From Paramecium tetraurelia (lineage: Eukaryota), in assembly GCA_000165425.1 (NCBI GenBank), contig CT868655.1, positions 1 to 64,000 of the forward strand: a stretch of DNA of 64,000 nucleotides. The letters are read 5' to 3'. This document shows positions 26,125 through 40,682 of the stretch, piece by piece; within the stretch, counting starts at the first letter, position 1; the number at the start of each line of letters is the position of its first letter. The translations under genes were made by a program, and so were the position numbers. The notes under the pieces were generated by a model. It saw only the letters and a program-made list of their open reading frames with translations, was not told the origin of the DNA and did no database searches.

Positions 26125-28406
26125 TCAACCAATATATTATACAAATCTATCGTAGTCCATCCTATATAAAGGATTTAAATCATCATAAATTAGATTTTTG
26201 AGAAATACATCCTCCCATAAACTGTTGCAACCTTATTTGACTATGTACAATGGGGGCATACTTTGTGTATTTGTTGCTAGATATAATAAAGTTATTCATA
26301 CTATCTCAATTGGGAGATCAGAGCAGAGATTGCATTGTTTAATTATAGGTCATCCTCATATAAGGGTTTAGAATGGTATTTCTCACCGAATAAGGCTACT
26401 AATTATGTGGGATCATGTATTCTCTAATTACAGATTCAAATACTTGCATATATATAATATTAAACAGAATCCACAATCCATCAGATAAAGACCTCCCGTT
26501 GCTAACTCAGACGACACTAAGGATAATTATTGTGGGTACACAAACTATCCCTAATCATCATAAACACATTCATTTTCATGTAAATTAGTCACATCGTATA
26601 ATTATGGTACTAAATAGGTAACTAATTCATCAAAGTGAATATACTGAAATATAATTCTAAAGTAGTTGACATAATCTGTCATTATACTTTATTATTCATA
26701 AGAGTAATTCAATACCATAGATTTCATGATGCCTAAGGAGTAAGCATGCATTTAATCCAAACTTACATTGTATAACTTACAATTATAAAAGATAGATCTA
26801 ATGGTTGATGTGATGAATTCTTTAACAGGAATCAAATTCTTAACTGAATTCATTTAATGCAAAGCCATTTTATAGATGGTCATTGCCAATGCACTTTGAT
26901 CTATATGCGAGTATATGATTTTGACAGAATTGCTCAGAGGAATACAATAATTGTGAACTCTAATTCTTCTCTCGCTTTTTGATGATGTATACAATAAAGC
27001 AGTTTATATATAGAGATGATCATAAGACAGATTGGGTTCAGTCAATTCTAATTCATAAATTAGAACTTTTTAACTATGAATTATGATAAGGAATATTTAC
27101 TCATCGCAATTTGTAATATTCAATAGATCTGAGGATTTCACAACGTAATTGCCATACACATGTTTAATCTTCCATCCAGCAGATGTTCTGATTCTAAATA
27201 CAGATTCCCAGGCATAATCTCTGCTCAACACTTCTTTTAAGTCATTCCTAAATTTAGTTGCTTAAACATTAATAACAACTTCTTACTATAAACTGTGGGA
27301 TCATCATAATAGAACACATCTCCATTTAGATAGGTTGCCAATTGATTGATAGTATATATGTTCATGTAATTATTTGGAATTACAAATATGGATGGACATA
27401 TAAATTGAAAATACATACTCTCAGTAATTTATGTTAATACTGATTTACTTTTATTTAAATATAACTGCTGTTATTTCCCATTCTCCACAATACTCAATTC
27501 TTTAATTGGTGAAGATGTTAAGATGATTAACTTGGCACCATTCTCCTTTATTAATTTTTATGATATCTTTAATGCCTCAATAAATTATGTACTCCTTAAA
27601 AGAGGTTTCGGAAATAGTTGACCTAAAGAATTCAAGAATCCAACAATAATGTCCTTAGAGTCTTGTAGATTAAATAGATATTCTCCAGGCATAGGCAATT
27701 CATTATCATCTGTTAAGACATACATCTGGGTTTATTTCAGTTTTGAATTGAAATTGTACAATTGAATAGAAGTATCAAATGTTAAAAATCCGAATAAAGT
27801 TCTTTCATTGAATGATTCACTTATTATTAACTCATTCATCACTTATCCAATTATTCCTAAAAGTGCTTCACTCTTTGTTGAAACATCAATCATGAAAAAA
27901 TACGCAGGAGCCATTGGAGGTCTTGCTTAATACTCTTAACCTGCTTTGATGTCATAAGATCCCATAGTTAATTCAGTTCTTTAATTTACATTTTCCTTTG
28001 GCATTGAATTTAATCCAATTTGAGTAATCAATCCACACAGGTTGCATTTAAAATGATCAAAACCATCTAAGATTTTCATGAAAGGATTCAAATAAGCCCT
28101 GCATTTTTAGCATCTTATAATAGGGTAGCCTCCATTATTGACTGAAACAAATCCATCTTATACTGATTATCCATAAGGCTAAATCATCACAGCAAATGGA
28201 ATCTTGGCATCTAGATATGATTATTTTGACTGTGGAAATACATTGGATGTACATCTAATATTATTATAGGAGGAATTAAATTGCAATAAATCACTATTTA
28301 ATGTGTTTTGAATATATTCCTCTTCTTTTGCTTATGATTGTTATTATTATTATTGAGGATTGTCCAATCTTCCATTCTTTTCCAGAATTTTTTTATGAAC
28401 ATTCAT
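26125..28406 (-). CDS. SEC24: COPII coat subunit Sec24
   Basis: IIRCQKCRAYLNPF…FKCNLCG zinc finger, RTELTMGSYD, PPMAPAYFFMIDVS trunk start, and QSLLLYTSSKSERRIRVHN. Confidence 0.92.
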
Positions 28407-28445
28407 TTCTATATATATTATTAAAAATGATCAAACATTTTATAG

Positions 28446-28970
28446 ATGGATTCAAAAGATGAAGTTTAGTTCCAGAATTGGATCATCTAATATATCAAGT
28501 GGATCGAATAGATCAACTAAGTGTAGATAGTAATTTGAAATAACAATTAGAATCAAATCCCACTCCTGTTTGTTTGAGGCCATATGATGCTAAAAAATAT
28601 GAGGTTCCATCATCTAAAATCAAATTGACTACTGGTTATAGTTTCTTAGATTTTAAACCTATGCCCATAGCCAAAAATAATGAAACTGTATTACACTATT
28701 CTCAATAAACTAAAAACAGAGATACTTGAAAATGTCAGTTTTAAACAAATCGAATTCTTGATTTAATAATTATCAAAAGAATTCGATCTAGTTGATCAGA
28801 TGAAGTAAGTGATTAATCTGATATAAAACTTGGCAAAATACTTAGGATGATAGTACTTTTGAATTGTTAAAATAACCACATCCTGCATTAAAACATTAGA
28901 GAAATGAAAACCACCAAGAGAATAAACAAAATTTATTGGAAATTGATATTACATATAAATAATATATAAA
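28446..28970 (+). CDS. Hypothetical protein; frame not fully resolved (possibly degenerate)
   Basis: ATG at 28446 (MDSKDEVQFQNWIIQYIKWIEQIN) with coding-like segments, but I could not join the frames cleanly. Confidence 0.3.
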
Positions 28971-28972
28971 TA

Positions 28973-29827
28973 ATGAATTTATTGGATTTGATCTAAACTG
29001 AAGTAACATGTAGCATTATCTAGGTTACTAATTACTTTCCGAAATTGATGAATAAATTAACTGAGTTAGGATAGGAAACTGCCAGCATAATTCAGCCAGA
29101 AAACTCATTTAAAAAAATCTAATTCATTTTTGCTATCTTAGATGATGTATTGAAGTATAGAACAAATATCACTATTCTATTTTAGAGTATTGTCAGATTT
29201 GAATCAATAGTATGCATAATTGGAGGAATAACTGTAGAATTACGAAGGATAATGCAGAGATCATATTAGGGTATCGAAGAGAAAATTAACAAATAGACAG
29301 AATAGAGATTGAAGCTTTATTGTGAGAATGTGTAGGAGCTATATGATTAATAGGTTTCTATTGAAAAAGAACACAAATGTTAGATCCATGTATTGAAATC
29401 GCATAATATTTATTAGAATTAATAAAAGGAAATCACTTAATTAAAAAAAGAATTAAACGATTCCTAAAATTTAAGGAAAGACAAAAATCATTTGGAAAAT
29501 TCTAAATAAACTATTGTACTTGAAAATAAATATCGATCATCCATTTTCTAGAATGGATTTTAAAATTAAACATTTGCTCTCAAACTAATAAATCGTAAAA
29601 ATAGATCAATCACTGAAGCCTAAGAAGTCTTGACTAAGTATATCGAAATTATTATATTAAGATCAAAATAATCAATGGATGAGAGACAATATTAATTATC
29701 CCTAGATAAGACTCAAGACATGATAACTCATAATCCAAGACCAAAGTCTAGGATGAATATTAAATAGAAATCAATGACTTTATAGCTGACTTCTATATAA
29801 AAAGGCAATACAATCAAAAAACCATGA
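28973..29827 (+). CDS. Hypothetical coiled-coil protein
   Basis: Open frame in the ciliate code, MNLLDLIQTE…, Q/E/K-rich, to TGA at 29825-29827. Confidence 0.55.
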
Positions 29828-30014
29828 TTTATATTATGTGTGATTTATACCAATTAGAATTAAACTTATAAATGTTATGAATAAAAATAAATAAAATGAT
29901 TAAATTATGTCAATAGATAATCATAAAAAAGCTAATCGTTAGTATCTTTAAATATTTAAGTTAGATCAAAAATACATATATTATAATAAATACCCTTAAA
30001 TTTAATATAAATAC

Positions 30015-30404
30015 TCATATCTATAAAATGACAAATCCAATAGAATAACTATCTTCATGGGATATACTAACTTAGATTTCATAATCGTTCCCAAAATTCT
30101 TCTTAAAATATTCCAAATTCGTATTGTGTAACACAATGTTTGGTTTATCATGTTTTCTGCATATTTCCACTTCTGGAAATACTAACTCTTTAAAACTAGA
30201 GGCTTTAACAAGTGCTTCTTTGACAGCCCATCTTGATGCTAGAAACTGTTGTTGCAATTGAATAGTGGATTTGCCTTTGAATTATTCAATTTCAGAAGGA
30301 TGGAGCACTTTTACTAAAAATCGCTCTGCATATTAGGCTTTGATAATATTTAACATCCTTTGGTTATTAACAATATCAACTCCGATGCCTTTTATTGCTT
30401 TCAT
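30015..30404 (-). CDS. acpS: Holo-[acyl-carrier-protein] synthase (AcpS-type 4'-phosphopantetheinyl transferase)
   Basis: MKAIKGIGVDIV…FLASRWAVKEALVKA…VSISHEDSYSIGFVIL; 129 aa, intronless. Confidence 0.9.
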
Positions 30405-30484
30405 GGTAATCTATATAAATTGATTACCAAAATAATAATACTATGATTAAAATAATAATATATAATCAATATTCAAGTAAATAA

Positions 30485-32015
30485 TCACTTTTTATCTCTA
30501 TTCAAACAGCCGAATGCCAAGAAGACCTTATCCATAAATCCCAATTTCTATTCCTATTACTGTTGTTATAATTGGTATTAATGGAGCAAGATCTCGTTTC
30601 TATTAGACACTCTAGTTATTCTATGCTTGTTTAAATCGTCTTATTTTATCTAATCATTCTAAGAATAATTCTTATAATTGGATTATTATTCTTGAGTTTT
30701 GAATTTAGTATAATCCTATGACATGGGTCTAACTTGTAGTTCTTTCTTTTGTATGTCCATGGGTTTTGATGTAGACTTAAAGTTGATTAAGGGAATCTAT
30801 CTGGTTGGGTATTGAGGTTTGTAAACATAAGTCCAGATGTCAATTTTTAGAGCAGCAGCATGTCTTACCATCCAGGGATGATCAAAGATTTAATCCATAG
30901 TGAATCTTTCAGATGGAATGTACTTCAGGATCCCTTTGATTAGAGTAATAACTTCATGAGATAAGGTAGGTGCAAAATTAATAGGCTAGCCTGATTTTAT
31001 CTTGTTGCATAATTCTTCATTGTTCCTGCCTCTAAAAGGAGCATTACCATGCAAGAGTTCGTATAACAAGATACCCAAACTCCAAACATCTAGACTGAAA
31101 TCGTGTGGTTGTTTATTCAGCATTTCAGGAGCCTAATAATATTAATTGTTTTCTACCATATATTCATATGTTCCACAGAATGTCATTCTTTTCTCTGTCA
31201 AACTCTCAGCACTCCAACCAAAATCGCATATTTTCACATTTCCTTCATTATCTAAGAGAAGATTCTCTGGCTATTCATATAAAATTGAAAATTACTTTGA
31301 GATCTCTATGTATTACTTTGTTTTTATGCAGATAGTCAATTCCAAGACAAGTCTAAAAGAAGTATACAAATGCTTCATCTTCTGGTAATTTGGTTCTCTT
31401 TTTGATGTAATGAAACAGAGATCCATTTTCTAATCCAAATGTGATAAATACCAGCATATTCGAGAACCAAATACACATTTTCTTTATCTTCAAAATAATG
31501 ATAAAGTTTGCAAATGTTCGAATGAAATAGTTTGCGTTGTATTTTGATTTCCCTTTTTAGATTTTCCACTGAACAATACTCAAAAACTTGTCTCTTGTTC
31601 ATCTAGGAATAATCATCAAAACTATTACTATTTTCATAGCATATAATTATCCATTCTATTTGTCTTTGACTAGTTTAACTGATCCATATGACCCTCTTCC
31701 CAACTCCTATTTTGAGCCAATTATTATAATTTCGAATTCTTCAGGTTTTCTTCTGACACTAACAGCTGAGGAGGAATCCATTGTATCATTGCATGACTTG
31801 GCCCTCTCAGATTAGCTTTTCTTACATACTCCTTTATGATAAATGGGCCTTGAGAATTATTATTTAATGTACCAATCAAGATCTCTGCATCTAATACTAC
31901 AGTAATTGGATGCCAAACAGAGAGGACACATAACTTTGGTTAACTTTGATCTTTGTTCTATAGTAGGTTGCTTAATATTGAATTAACAAGACTTATAATC
32001 ACAAAATTTATTCAT
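30485..32015 (-). CDS. Aurora-like Ser/Thr kinase
   Basis: [89 protein letters not shown]. Confidence 0.85.
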
Positions 32016-32081
32016 ATAATAATAATATTAGTTACATTGATTATGAGATATTCTAATAATGGTATCTATAATATATTTTAA

Positions 32082-33866
32082 TCATAATTGATCCAATTCA
32101 AAAACAACATCATCACCAGCTGAAATGAACTTCATATTGTTCTTTTCCGTCCAACTTTTGACTACTTTCTCGAATTCCTTTTTGTTATTTAATCTCATTT
32201 CACACATGCCTCTATTCTCACAAGCAAAGTTAGTTAGTACTACTTTACATCTTACATTCAACCCATTCCCATACTTAGGAACTTATCCAAATAGATCTTC
32301 TGGATAAAACTAAAAATAAATTTAAGATTATACCTCTACACTATCCTATTTCAATTTAACAATCTAATCAATATTCATATCCTTCAAATCTACTTACTCT
32401 AAGAATTGAATGCTGCCATATTAATTCGAAATCTTGAAATCTCTGACTCTAGTTAATTAATTATCACTCATTTCTTAAAGGGCTTAAATATTTGGAGTTA
32501 AAACATAGTTCGTACATATGGGTGCTCTGGGATTTATTTTTTTTTCACTTTATTATTCCTCTGATTTGATTTGCACAAGACTTCCTTATGCATAATCATC
32601 CATTTCCTTTTTATTACTCTTACTATAATATTATTTATTCAGGGATTGCTTGTATTATTTTTAATCCTTTTTATCCTATTTTAAAGACAGATACCATGGT
32701 TTTATTTCTTCCTTTTGTTTTTAATTATTCTTTGACTTAATTTTAATTTCTAAGGATGGATTCTTGAATCTCAAATTAACATTACCCACACTAAAGGTTA
32801 CGTCATTCTACTAGGCATACTCACTAAAAGTAGGAAACTTTTTTTTGAATTCATCCTCTACTTCTCTTAAGTATTCCTATTCATTTTTGATATCAAAATC
32901 TATATTCATGTCTAATTGCTATTGCTAATAAACTGGATATGCTGGATTATAGAAGGCTTATTAATTTGGAGCTGCCTAATTCATTGCTCCACTTGGATTA
33001 TTATCCCAATTTTACTATCCTAAACCTTATTATGGCATCTAACCTAATAGTCCTTAAGGTTATTATTGCATAGGCTGTTATAATTGCAAGCCTCCTTGTT
33101 AAGGTGCTGCTCCTAATAACCCTTACTATTATTATGGTTAACCCAGTCCAAGTAATCCTGGCTAGTATTATTACTATTATTATCCAAATCCTAATCCCAA
33201 ACCTGTTCCTTAAGTGGCTGGATTCTATCCCAATCCTGTTCCTAATCCTGTGCCTAATCCTGTGCCCAATCCTGTGCCTAATCCTGAACCTAGTCCTGTT
33301 CCTAATCCTGTGCCTAATCCTGTACCCAATCCTGTTCCTAATCCAGTTCCTAGTCCTCCTCCGAATCCTGTTCCTAAACCTCCTCCAAATGGACTTGCTT
33401 GTGAACCTGCGCCTAAACCTGTTTAATTAGGTTGTGTCTACTGTTATTGACCCAAACCTGTTAATCCTCCACCTAATCCAGTTCCTAGACCTGTTCCCAT
33501 TCCTGTTCCTAAACCGCCTCCTAGTCCTAATCCTGGCTAGGATTGTCCAAATAATGTTGGTTAAGCAGGTGCTTACTAACCAAATAATGTCGATTGTTAT
33601 TATTGTGGTTGTTGGACTCCTCCAAATAGAGTTCCCTGTTGATTTTATTATTAAAATCCACCTTAGGCCATTGATTAAGATGGTTGTTTTTGATTTCTGT
33701 AATACTCTACTCTAGTTTCAGCTCTTGAGATTTAAATATTGTTTTAAGCAGTATTAATAGAACAAAGAAGTCCATCAGCATTTTTATTCAATGCAGGGTT
33801 GCCTGGATAGAATCTTGGAGGTACTGGAGGCTTGTTATTGTTGTTGTTCTAGTTTTGAAATAGCAT
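32082..33866 (-). CDS. NUP98: Nup98-like nucleoporin (GLEBS-like motif, GLGT/LFG repeat region, C-terminal Nucleoporin2 autopeptidase-like domain)
   Basis: N-terminal LCSINTAQNNIQISRAETRVEYY; TLFG x3 followed by long (GLGT)n; C-terminal YVLTPNIQALQEM…LTRVRDFKISNQYGSIQFLEQVDL…IDQIVKL…VEVYPE…PKYGNGLNVRC; ends VFELDQL*. Confidence 0.8.
33215..33525 (-). repeat. 12-nt coding tandem repeat encoding (GLGT)n
   Basis: Plus-strand CCTAATCCTGT(T/G)-type units. The minus strand reads GGA TTA GGA ACA. Confidence 0.9.
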
Positions 33867-33966
33867 AATTTATATATTTAAATTATTTAAATAAATTTTT
33901 ATATTATTTCTATAAAACCTCTTTTTTTTATAAATACTTATATATTCCGGATATTTATCAATAAAT

Positions 33967-36149
33967 TCACATATTATATTTCGTTTGAATTGCTTTAATT
34001 TCTTTCATAATTGTTGTTACTTGAGTCAAATTGGCCACATACATAGGATGATTGGCTTTGGCATACTTATAGAATGCATTATAATAGGCCATAAAAGTTT
34101 AAAGGAATTTTTTTAACAAGCTTTTCATTAAATTAGTGCCCTAGAAATGTTTTTCACACTCCAATCTAAACACATCAACTCTCTTATTCCAAGATAAATT
34201 CACATCCTATTGATATATAATAATCTATATACCTAACTTATATTTTCTATCAATTTCTTATTATCCACTTAATTAACATTCTATACTTTTTCAACCACCC
34301 TAATTTCTGATTACTATTTATTATCATAGAGGTTCAGTTCTAGTTCACTTTCCTCCTTTGCATATTTCTATATGAAATCCACAAGATTCCCAAACAACTC
34401 CTTTAAATAGATTTCAATCAACTTCTCGCTAAACTTGTTTGTCTCTTTCTCCAAGAACAAAGTCTCTTCTGAAAATTCCTTTTTGTATGTGGTCATCTAG
34501 GCTGTATTGTATGCTGTCACAATCATTTCATAGACTGATAATGTATATGTAATCCTATCTACTTCAATCTCAAATTCTGCTCCAGTTCTCTTTATTAAAT
34601 CAAAATATCTTAATCTCAATTGATTAATTCTGCTCACAATCATTTTGTTATCCTCAAAATATGCATATAATTTATATAATGATAATGTTAGATCTATGTA
34701 TCTCATTACAAAGCTGCGAAATCCATAATACTTTTCCAATGATCTATACAATCTCACATTAGTACTCTAAATACTTTGGATGTGAGTATCAAACACTTAC
34801 TCAAACTTTGGCCATAATATCATATTCACTTATTCAAAGTAAAAATCCAATACATGTGAGTTCTTAGAGTGCATATGCTTCTAAAATCTCTCGTTTAATA
34901 ATATGATTAATAAAAATGCATATATATCAAATATGCTCACAGTCTATTTTAAATGATCCAATACAAATTGAATAGTATTCTTAAACACACCACTAAAAAT
35001 AAGTCTGTTTTAATCAGGTTTCAAACTAAAGAAGTCCTAACTAAATCTGTCCTCATGCAATACAGTATCAATCAAAACTTTATTAATAGTTTTAAAGTAT
35101 TATTCAATTAGGATTTTCTAATTTTTCTAATTCAATTGAGTATGTAACAAAGGTTCCTCATCCATGAATTACAGTATTTAATCACGATTCATCAATTGAA
35201 ATATAGATCTATTCTCAATAGTTAATCCTACCACATTTCTTAAATTCAACTATGGTCTATAATTCTATTGACTATCAGGCACAATGAGATCATTACGCAA
35301 ATAAACATCAATTGTTAATTTATGTATTTCTGCAACGTAGATTTTCATATTGCTCAAGTACAATTTACTCATAGCATCTGTATAGAGATTACATAACTCC
35401 ACATATATATCTAAGTAATGATCCTTCATGAATTCGGTGAATATCTTATATTTAACCAATTCCTAAATTTAGTATTATTGAATGTTTATTTTTGGTTTCT
35501 TTAATTGATTTAATTTGTCTATCATAAATTCTCTTACTCTTTTACAAGCTGTATTTTTTAACTTAATTAGTTCTGGCCCTAGATTCTTGACTGCATTTGC
35601 ATCGGTTAACTCAGTGTTTTTCAAGTATTCTAATTTTGAGCATAATATCCTGATGTATTCCACATATTAATCATTAATCTCTTTACTGCATATATTATCA
35701 ATCAAGGAAGGATCCAATACAGCTTAATCAACAAAACTAGATAATATCTAAGATAAAGCTTTTCTGTTTGTCAATGAAGTATTCATCTTAACACTCCTCT
35801 CTTGCAATTATGTCATCTCTGATTTAATATCATTCAAATAATCCTTGAAATTCAATAAAACATTCTCTAACTCTCCTAGAATCGCATCGCTCTTCTCTAT
35901 CTCGCCATCCAACTCATACATCTCTTTTTCAACCTTATTGTATTTTCAAATAGATACTTTTAAATAGTCATATGCTGCTTCCTTTTCAATTAATTGCATT
36001 TCCAATTTCACATTATCACACATATGTCTCAAATCTAGAGATTACTCACCTCCATCCATCATTAAGTACTTTCCCATTATATATCTACTTGTTATGGGAT
36101 CCAAATTGTGTTCTAAAAAACTTGATAAATTCTGCTATTATTGAGACAT
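33967..36149 (-). CDS. VPS52: GARP/EARP complex subunit Vps52
   Basis: DAILGELENVLLNFKDYLNDIKSEMTQLQERSVKMNTSLTNRK, PELIKLKNTACKRVREFM, LKKPKINIQ, MIIWPKFEQVFDTHIQS. Confidence 0.88.
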
Positions 36150-36261
36150 GATATTTATATTAATTATTTTAATTTCTTGTAGTAATTTTAAATTCACTAA
36201 CACACACTCTCTAATTAAATTATTATATAATAGCTTTGTGTTGAATAATTTATTTTATAAT

Positions 36262-36972
36262 ATGAATAATTCTTCGATATTTAATTAATCATATTGTAAA
36301 ACAGAAGGTGATGACTATTATGGGAGCAGAGCCTTGGACATCCTCAAAGAGAAAATGAAGATTTTTGATTTAGAAAAAATACCTCAACTTTCTTAATAAT
36401 AAAGAGCTAGAGCACGATCTAAAGAAAGAAGTAAGACTCCAAAATTGTAGATTCATTCAAATAGCAAATAACCCACGAATTATTCCCAGTATCGAATATC
36501 AAATAAAGAATAAACATTCAAATCCACAAATGAAATGTTCTCAAGATAAACAATCGAATCCATTAAAAGTAGATTAAGCATTTAGGACGCTAAGTTATTA
36601 GATGTTCCTATCATTAAAATATCTAGAGAAAGGCCACCCAATAATAATAATGACTCATTCAATACAATGTCGTTAATCCTAATGGAAAAATACTACTAAT
36701 CAACCATCAAATATTAATAAAAATAAGCAAAATAACTGGAAAAACAGGCCCAGAATCCCAATACTTCGATTAATTCAATATCACAAATCATAAGAAACAA
36801 TTAGGCTGTTAAAAATTATAAAAGAAAATTAAGACATAGTAGAAGAGATTTAATAAAAGAACTCCCTCAACAATACGCTGCCCTCAACAATTCAAGATAA
36901 TTTAGTTCCGATAAATCAAATTAAGAATATAGTAGAACCACTTAATTAGTAAGTAAATATTCATCTCTTTGA
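36262..36972 (+). CDS. Hypothetical protein
   Basis: Uninterrupted 236-codon frame in the ciliate code, ATG to TGA. Confidence 0.65.
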
Positions 36973-37046
36973 TATCATTTTTTATAATACTTAATTTTTT
37001 ATAATAAGAGTGTTTAAAATAATAATTTGTATTTCTATCAATAAAA

Positions 37047-39304
37047 ATGATAATTAATTCTGTTCTTAAACCTTAATTCAGGACAACTAATGGAGTACTG
37101 GTTGAAATTGAGGGGAAACAATATGAAAATATAAGATTATTCGGTTCCTAAGGTACTTAAACCAATAATCAAATCGGAAATCTATTAGGTAATCTAAAGG
37201 ATGAGATAATAATCAAAGAATATTATGACATAAAATAGGAGGAAATAGAAGTTCTTGAGTAAATTAAAAGACTATAAAGTGAAAAATAATCCAAATGTAA
37301 GAATATTATAAAAATACTTGGAATTAAGGATAACAGGAGTAATTAACAATCCAAATATGAGCCAAAAATCTATGTAGCATTGGAAAAAGGGAAGGGTGAT
37401 GTCTTAGCTTTGATAAAATAGAATACACAATTGCCTTACATGACTAAACTAAACTTGTTCTTATAAGTAAATTAAATTCTTTATTAAGATGGTACAAGGA
37501 GTTCAAGAATTACACGACCTTGGTTATTTCCATAGAGATGTGAAACCTGAAAACTTTGTCTATTTTATAAATTAAAACTAGGAATATTAAATTAAATTAA
37601 TAGATTTTGGTATTGTAAAGAGAACAGATACAATAAATTAAACTCCTCAAGTAGGTACTTTTAATTACATGGCACCTGAAGTTGTTCTAAGTGAAGGCAA
37701 TTATGATAAAACTGCTGATATTTGGAGCCTTGGTATCACTTTTTATTATATTCTTACTCTAGAAGAATTTCTTCAAGGTTAAATATCTATTCTTATTTTT
37801 AGCTAAAAACGCTACAGCTTTGAGAAAATATTTAGTAGATTTAAATTAAAAATAAATAGATTAAATTTTAGATAATTCTACTGGTATTGAATAGCTTGAC
37901 AAATAATTGCTGTCTTGCATGTTATAATAAAACAAATCATTTAGAATTGGATTGCAAGAATTAATAAATAAAATAAACTTCAGAATAAAAACTTTTTAAT
38001 ACGAAAATACTCCAAATAAAGATTAGAAAAAATCACAATAAAATATCTAATTTTAGAAGTTCTAACAAAATGTTAAACCAAATTTCTGCCTATTTTAAAA
38101 TAATAAAATAAATGAATCTTAATTTTCTATAAAGACAAAGCAACAAGTTGATGATGATCCAAAAAAATTACCCAATCTTTAAGTCATAATTCAAACATAA
38201 TCTAATTAATAAGATTGTCAATAATAAATGTAATTATTAACTTTATATACTAAATTGCAGCCCATATTTATGCAATTCTAGAAAGATATAAGATCAATGA
38301 AAATAGAATGTGAAAGCAATAAGTTTTTCAGTCAAATGAAAGAATAGACAGTTTAGCTTTAAGAAACCTTAAGTGAATAAAAAAAAACTTTGTAGTTTGA
38401 TTTTCATACATTTTGTGAAAACTAAAATTTATTTAAGGAGCGTATTATGGCGATTGAGAATAAAAAATGGGGTTACAAAAATTAAATAAAAGATTTGCTT
38501 GTGCAATAGTAAAAAGTTAGCTAGAAAGCAGGAGGAGAATTGGAACTTCTAATAAATTCGGTGAATGAAAAAAGTAAAGAAATAAAATTCACACCTATGG
38601 ATACTAAACTAATGGAAACTTACGAAAACTTATAAAAATAAGATCTTGAATTATAAGAAGAAATAATTTAAATAAATAGTATGATGACTAATTATTAATT
38701 AAATCCGTCATAATTAAATCCATCATAATTAAATTAGTTAAAAGTATAGATTTAAAAAGTAATTTGTAAATTAGATGATTTAATGAAGAAATTACCCTCG
38801 GATTATGAGATTCAAGAATTCAATAAATAATTTAAATCGAATTTAGATTCTTATTATATATAATATGCTTTAGTTAATTACATAAAGTAGTTTCATATCA
38901 CAAAATATTATGAAAGAATAAGAGTCTATCATAAAAAATAAAAAAAACAAAATATGAATTAAAGCGACTATTAAAGAAAATTTAATCAAAAATAATAATA
39001 AGAATCGGAATTTAATGCCATAAAAGAGAAGGAGGCTCAAGATTTATTATAAAGATACAAAAATATTTTGTTTAAGGATTAAACGAGAATGAAGATAATA
39101 GAAATGGAAAAAGATCAATAATAGATGGATAAAATAGTAGTAGAACTGGAGAGGTATATTAAACAAATTTTTTCGGTAAAATTAAAAAGTACTATAAAAA
39201 ATTAATAAACAATTAAAATGATCATTAGTGAGGAAGGAATATATAAAATAAAATAATTTGCATTTAATTTGATTTTTAAAATCATGTTGACATCCCAACA
39301 ATGA
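37047..39304 (+). CDS. Ser/Thr kinase with long Q/E-rich coiled-coil tail
   Basis: HRDVKPENF, IDFG, GTFNYMAPE, ADIWSLG; atypical Gly-loop; about 450-aa Q-rich tail. Confidence 0.82.
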
Positions 39305-40682
39305 TATTTATAACTATATATATCAAAGATATCTGATATTAAAAAATGAAGTTTAAAGCTTCAAATATTTTGATTTGAACATAATTGTTCAAACAATCGA
39401 CATTCATCTTTCCAACTCTTTAGATTCTAGTGTTTTTAGGATATCCAATTCGAAACATAAACCTTGGGGTTACGTTCTTATTATTCAACGTGAACTTAAT
39501 TGCTTGGAAGAATTCCTAAAGCAAAGTATTATGAAAACCATAGTTAGGTCGCAGCTCTGTTTTGGGCTGATAGAAAGTATGAATTAACTTGGTTTTTATT
39601 AAAAACCAAACAATAAGTAACTTTGTCTATGTATTTAAAAGTACTTTTTTAAACTTGAAAAATTCAATATTTTATGATAACAGTTTATACATTAAATTCG
39701 AATTAGAAATGAATAGTAAGAAAAAATCACTTCCTTTTTTTTGAATGTAATGATGACATTGCATTTTTAATTCAAACTAGAATTTATTAGTATTCACAAT
39801 CAAACCTTAATGCTTCAACCAAAAAATAGTATAATAAGCCATACTTAATTCGTATTAATAATTTAACTACTCTAAAGATTTAATAATCAAATTGAATATT
39901 CTAATGAAATGAGATATTAATAAGCATTAATCATTGTAAAATACTTCTGCTGTCTTACTCCGAATAAAATTGAAATATTTAATAGTTATAACTCTATAAA
40001 ACGTATTTATCCATCATTTTAAATGACTTTTTATCTTTGATAGATTATTGCCAAGATTTTTGAAAACTAAGAATTGGTAAAAGATTTATGAGGAGAATAA
40101 ATTGAATTGTGAATTACATTTTAATAAATAATATACAGTATTTACAAGATCATTAGATTGGAAAATCGTAATCCATTATTAATTCAACTTTTTAGGTTTT
40201 CCAACTATCATTTCCCCTTCCATATTTTCTATTGAAAATATTTCTGAATTCTCTTCTAGTTAACCTTTTATACTCCAAATTCATTTAATATTAACGAGCA
40301 GATTCAGAGGGGTTTTCCATTTATTTATAATTATAAGGCATAAAATAATTGGATGTCGCTTTTGATGCCTTTTTGAATATAGTATTTTTGATATTTGCAT
40401 CATTATCTATTTTGATTTATCTGCTTTATTTAATATTATCATTAAACATTTTATTTTAATATAAATTATTTGATTAAAAATGTATAAGAATAGAATTAGT
40501 CTAAAATTCTGATGATTTCTAAATTATATAGTACAATTTATTACTTGTGAATATTTTAGTCATTGTGTGAGTTAATGCAGAGAAGGTGATTATGAAATAT
40601 AAGATGATGCGAATAATAATTACGATTAATTAAAAATAGAATATTTTGATACTTAATAAACTATAAAAATGTTTAAATAAAA

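Noticed and set aside
33104..33715. Plus-strand ORFs with PNPV or ILCL repeats resembling circumsporozoite-like or membrane proteins
   Set aside because: They are antisense shadows of the minus-strand GLGT repeat of the Nup98-like gene.
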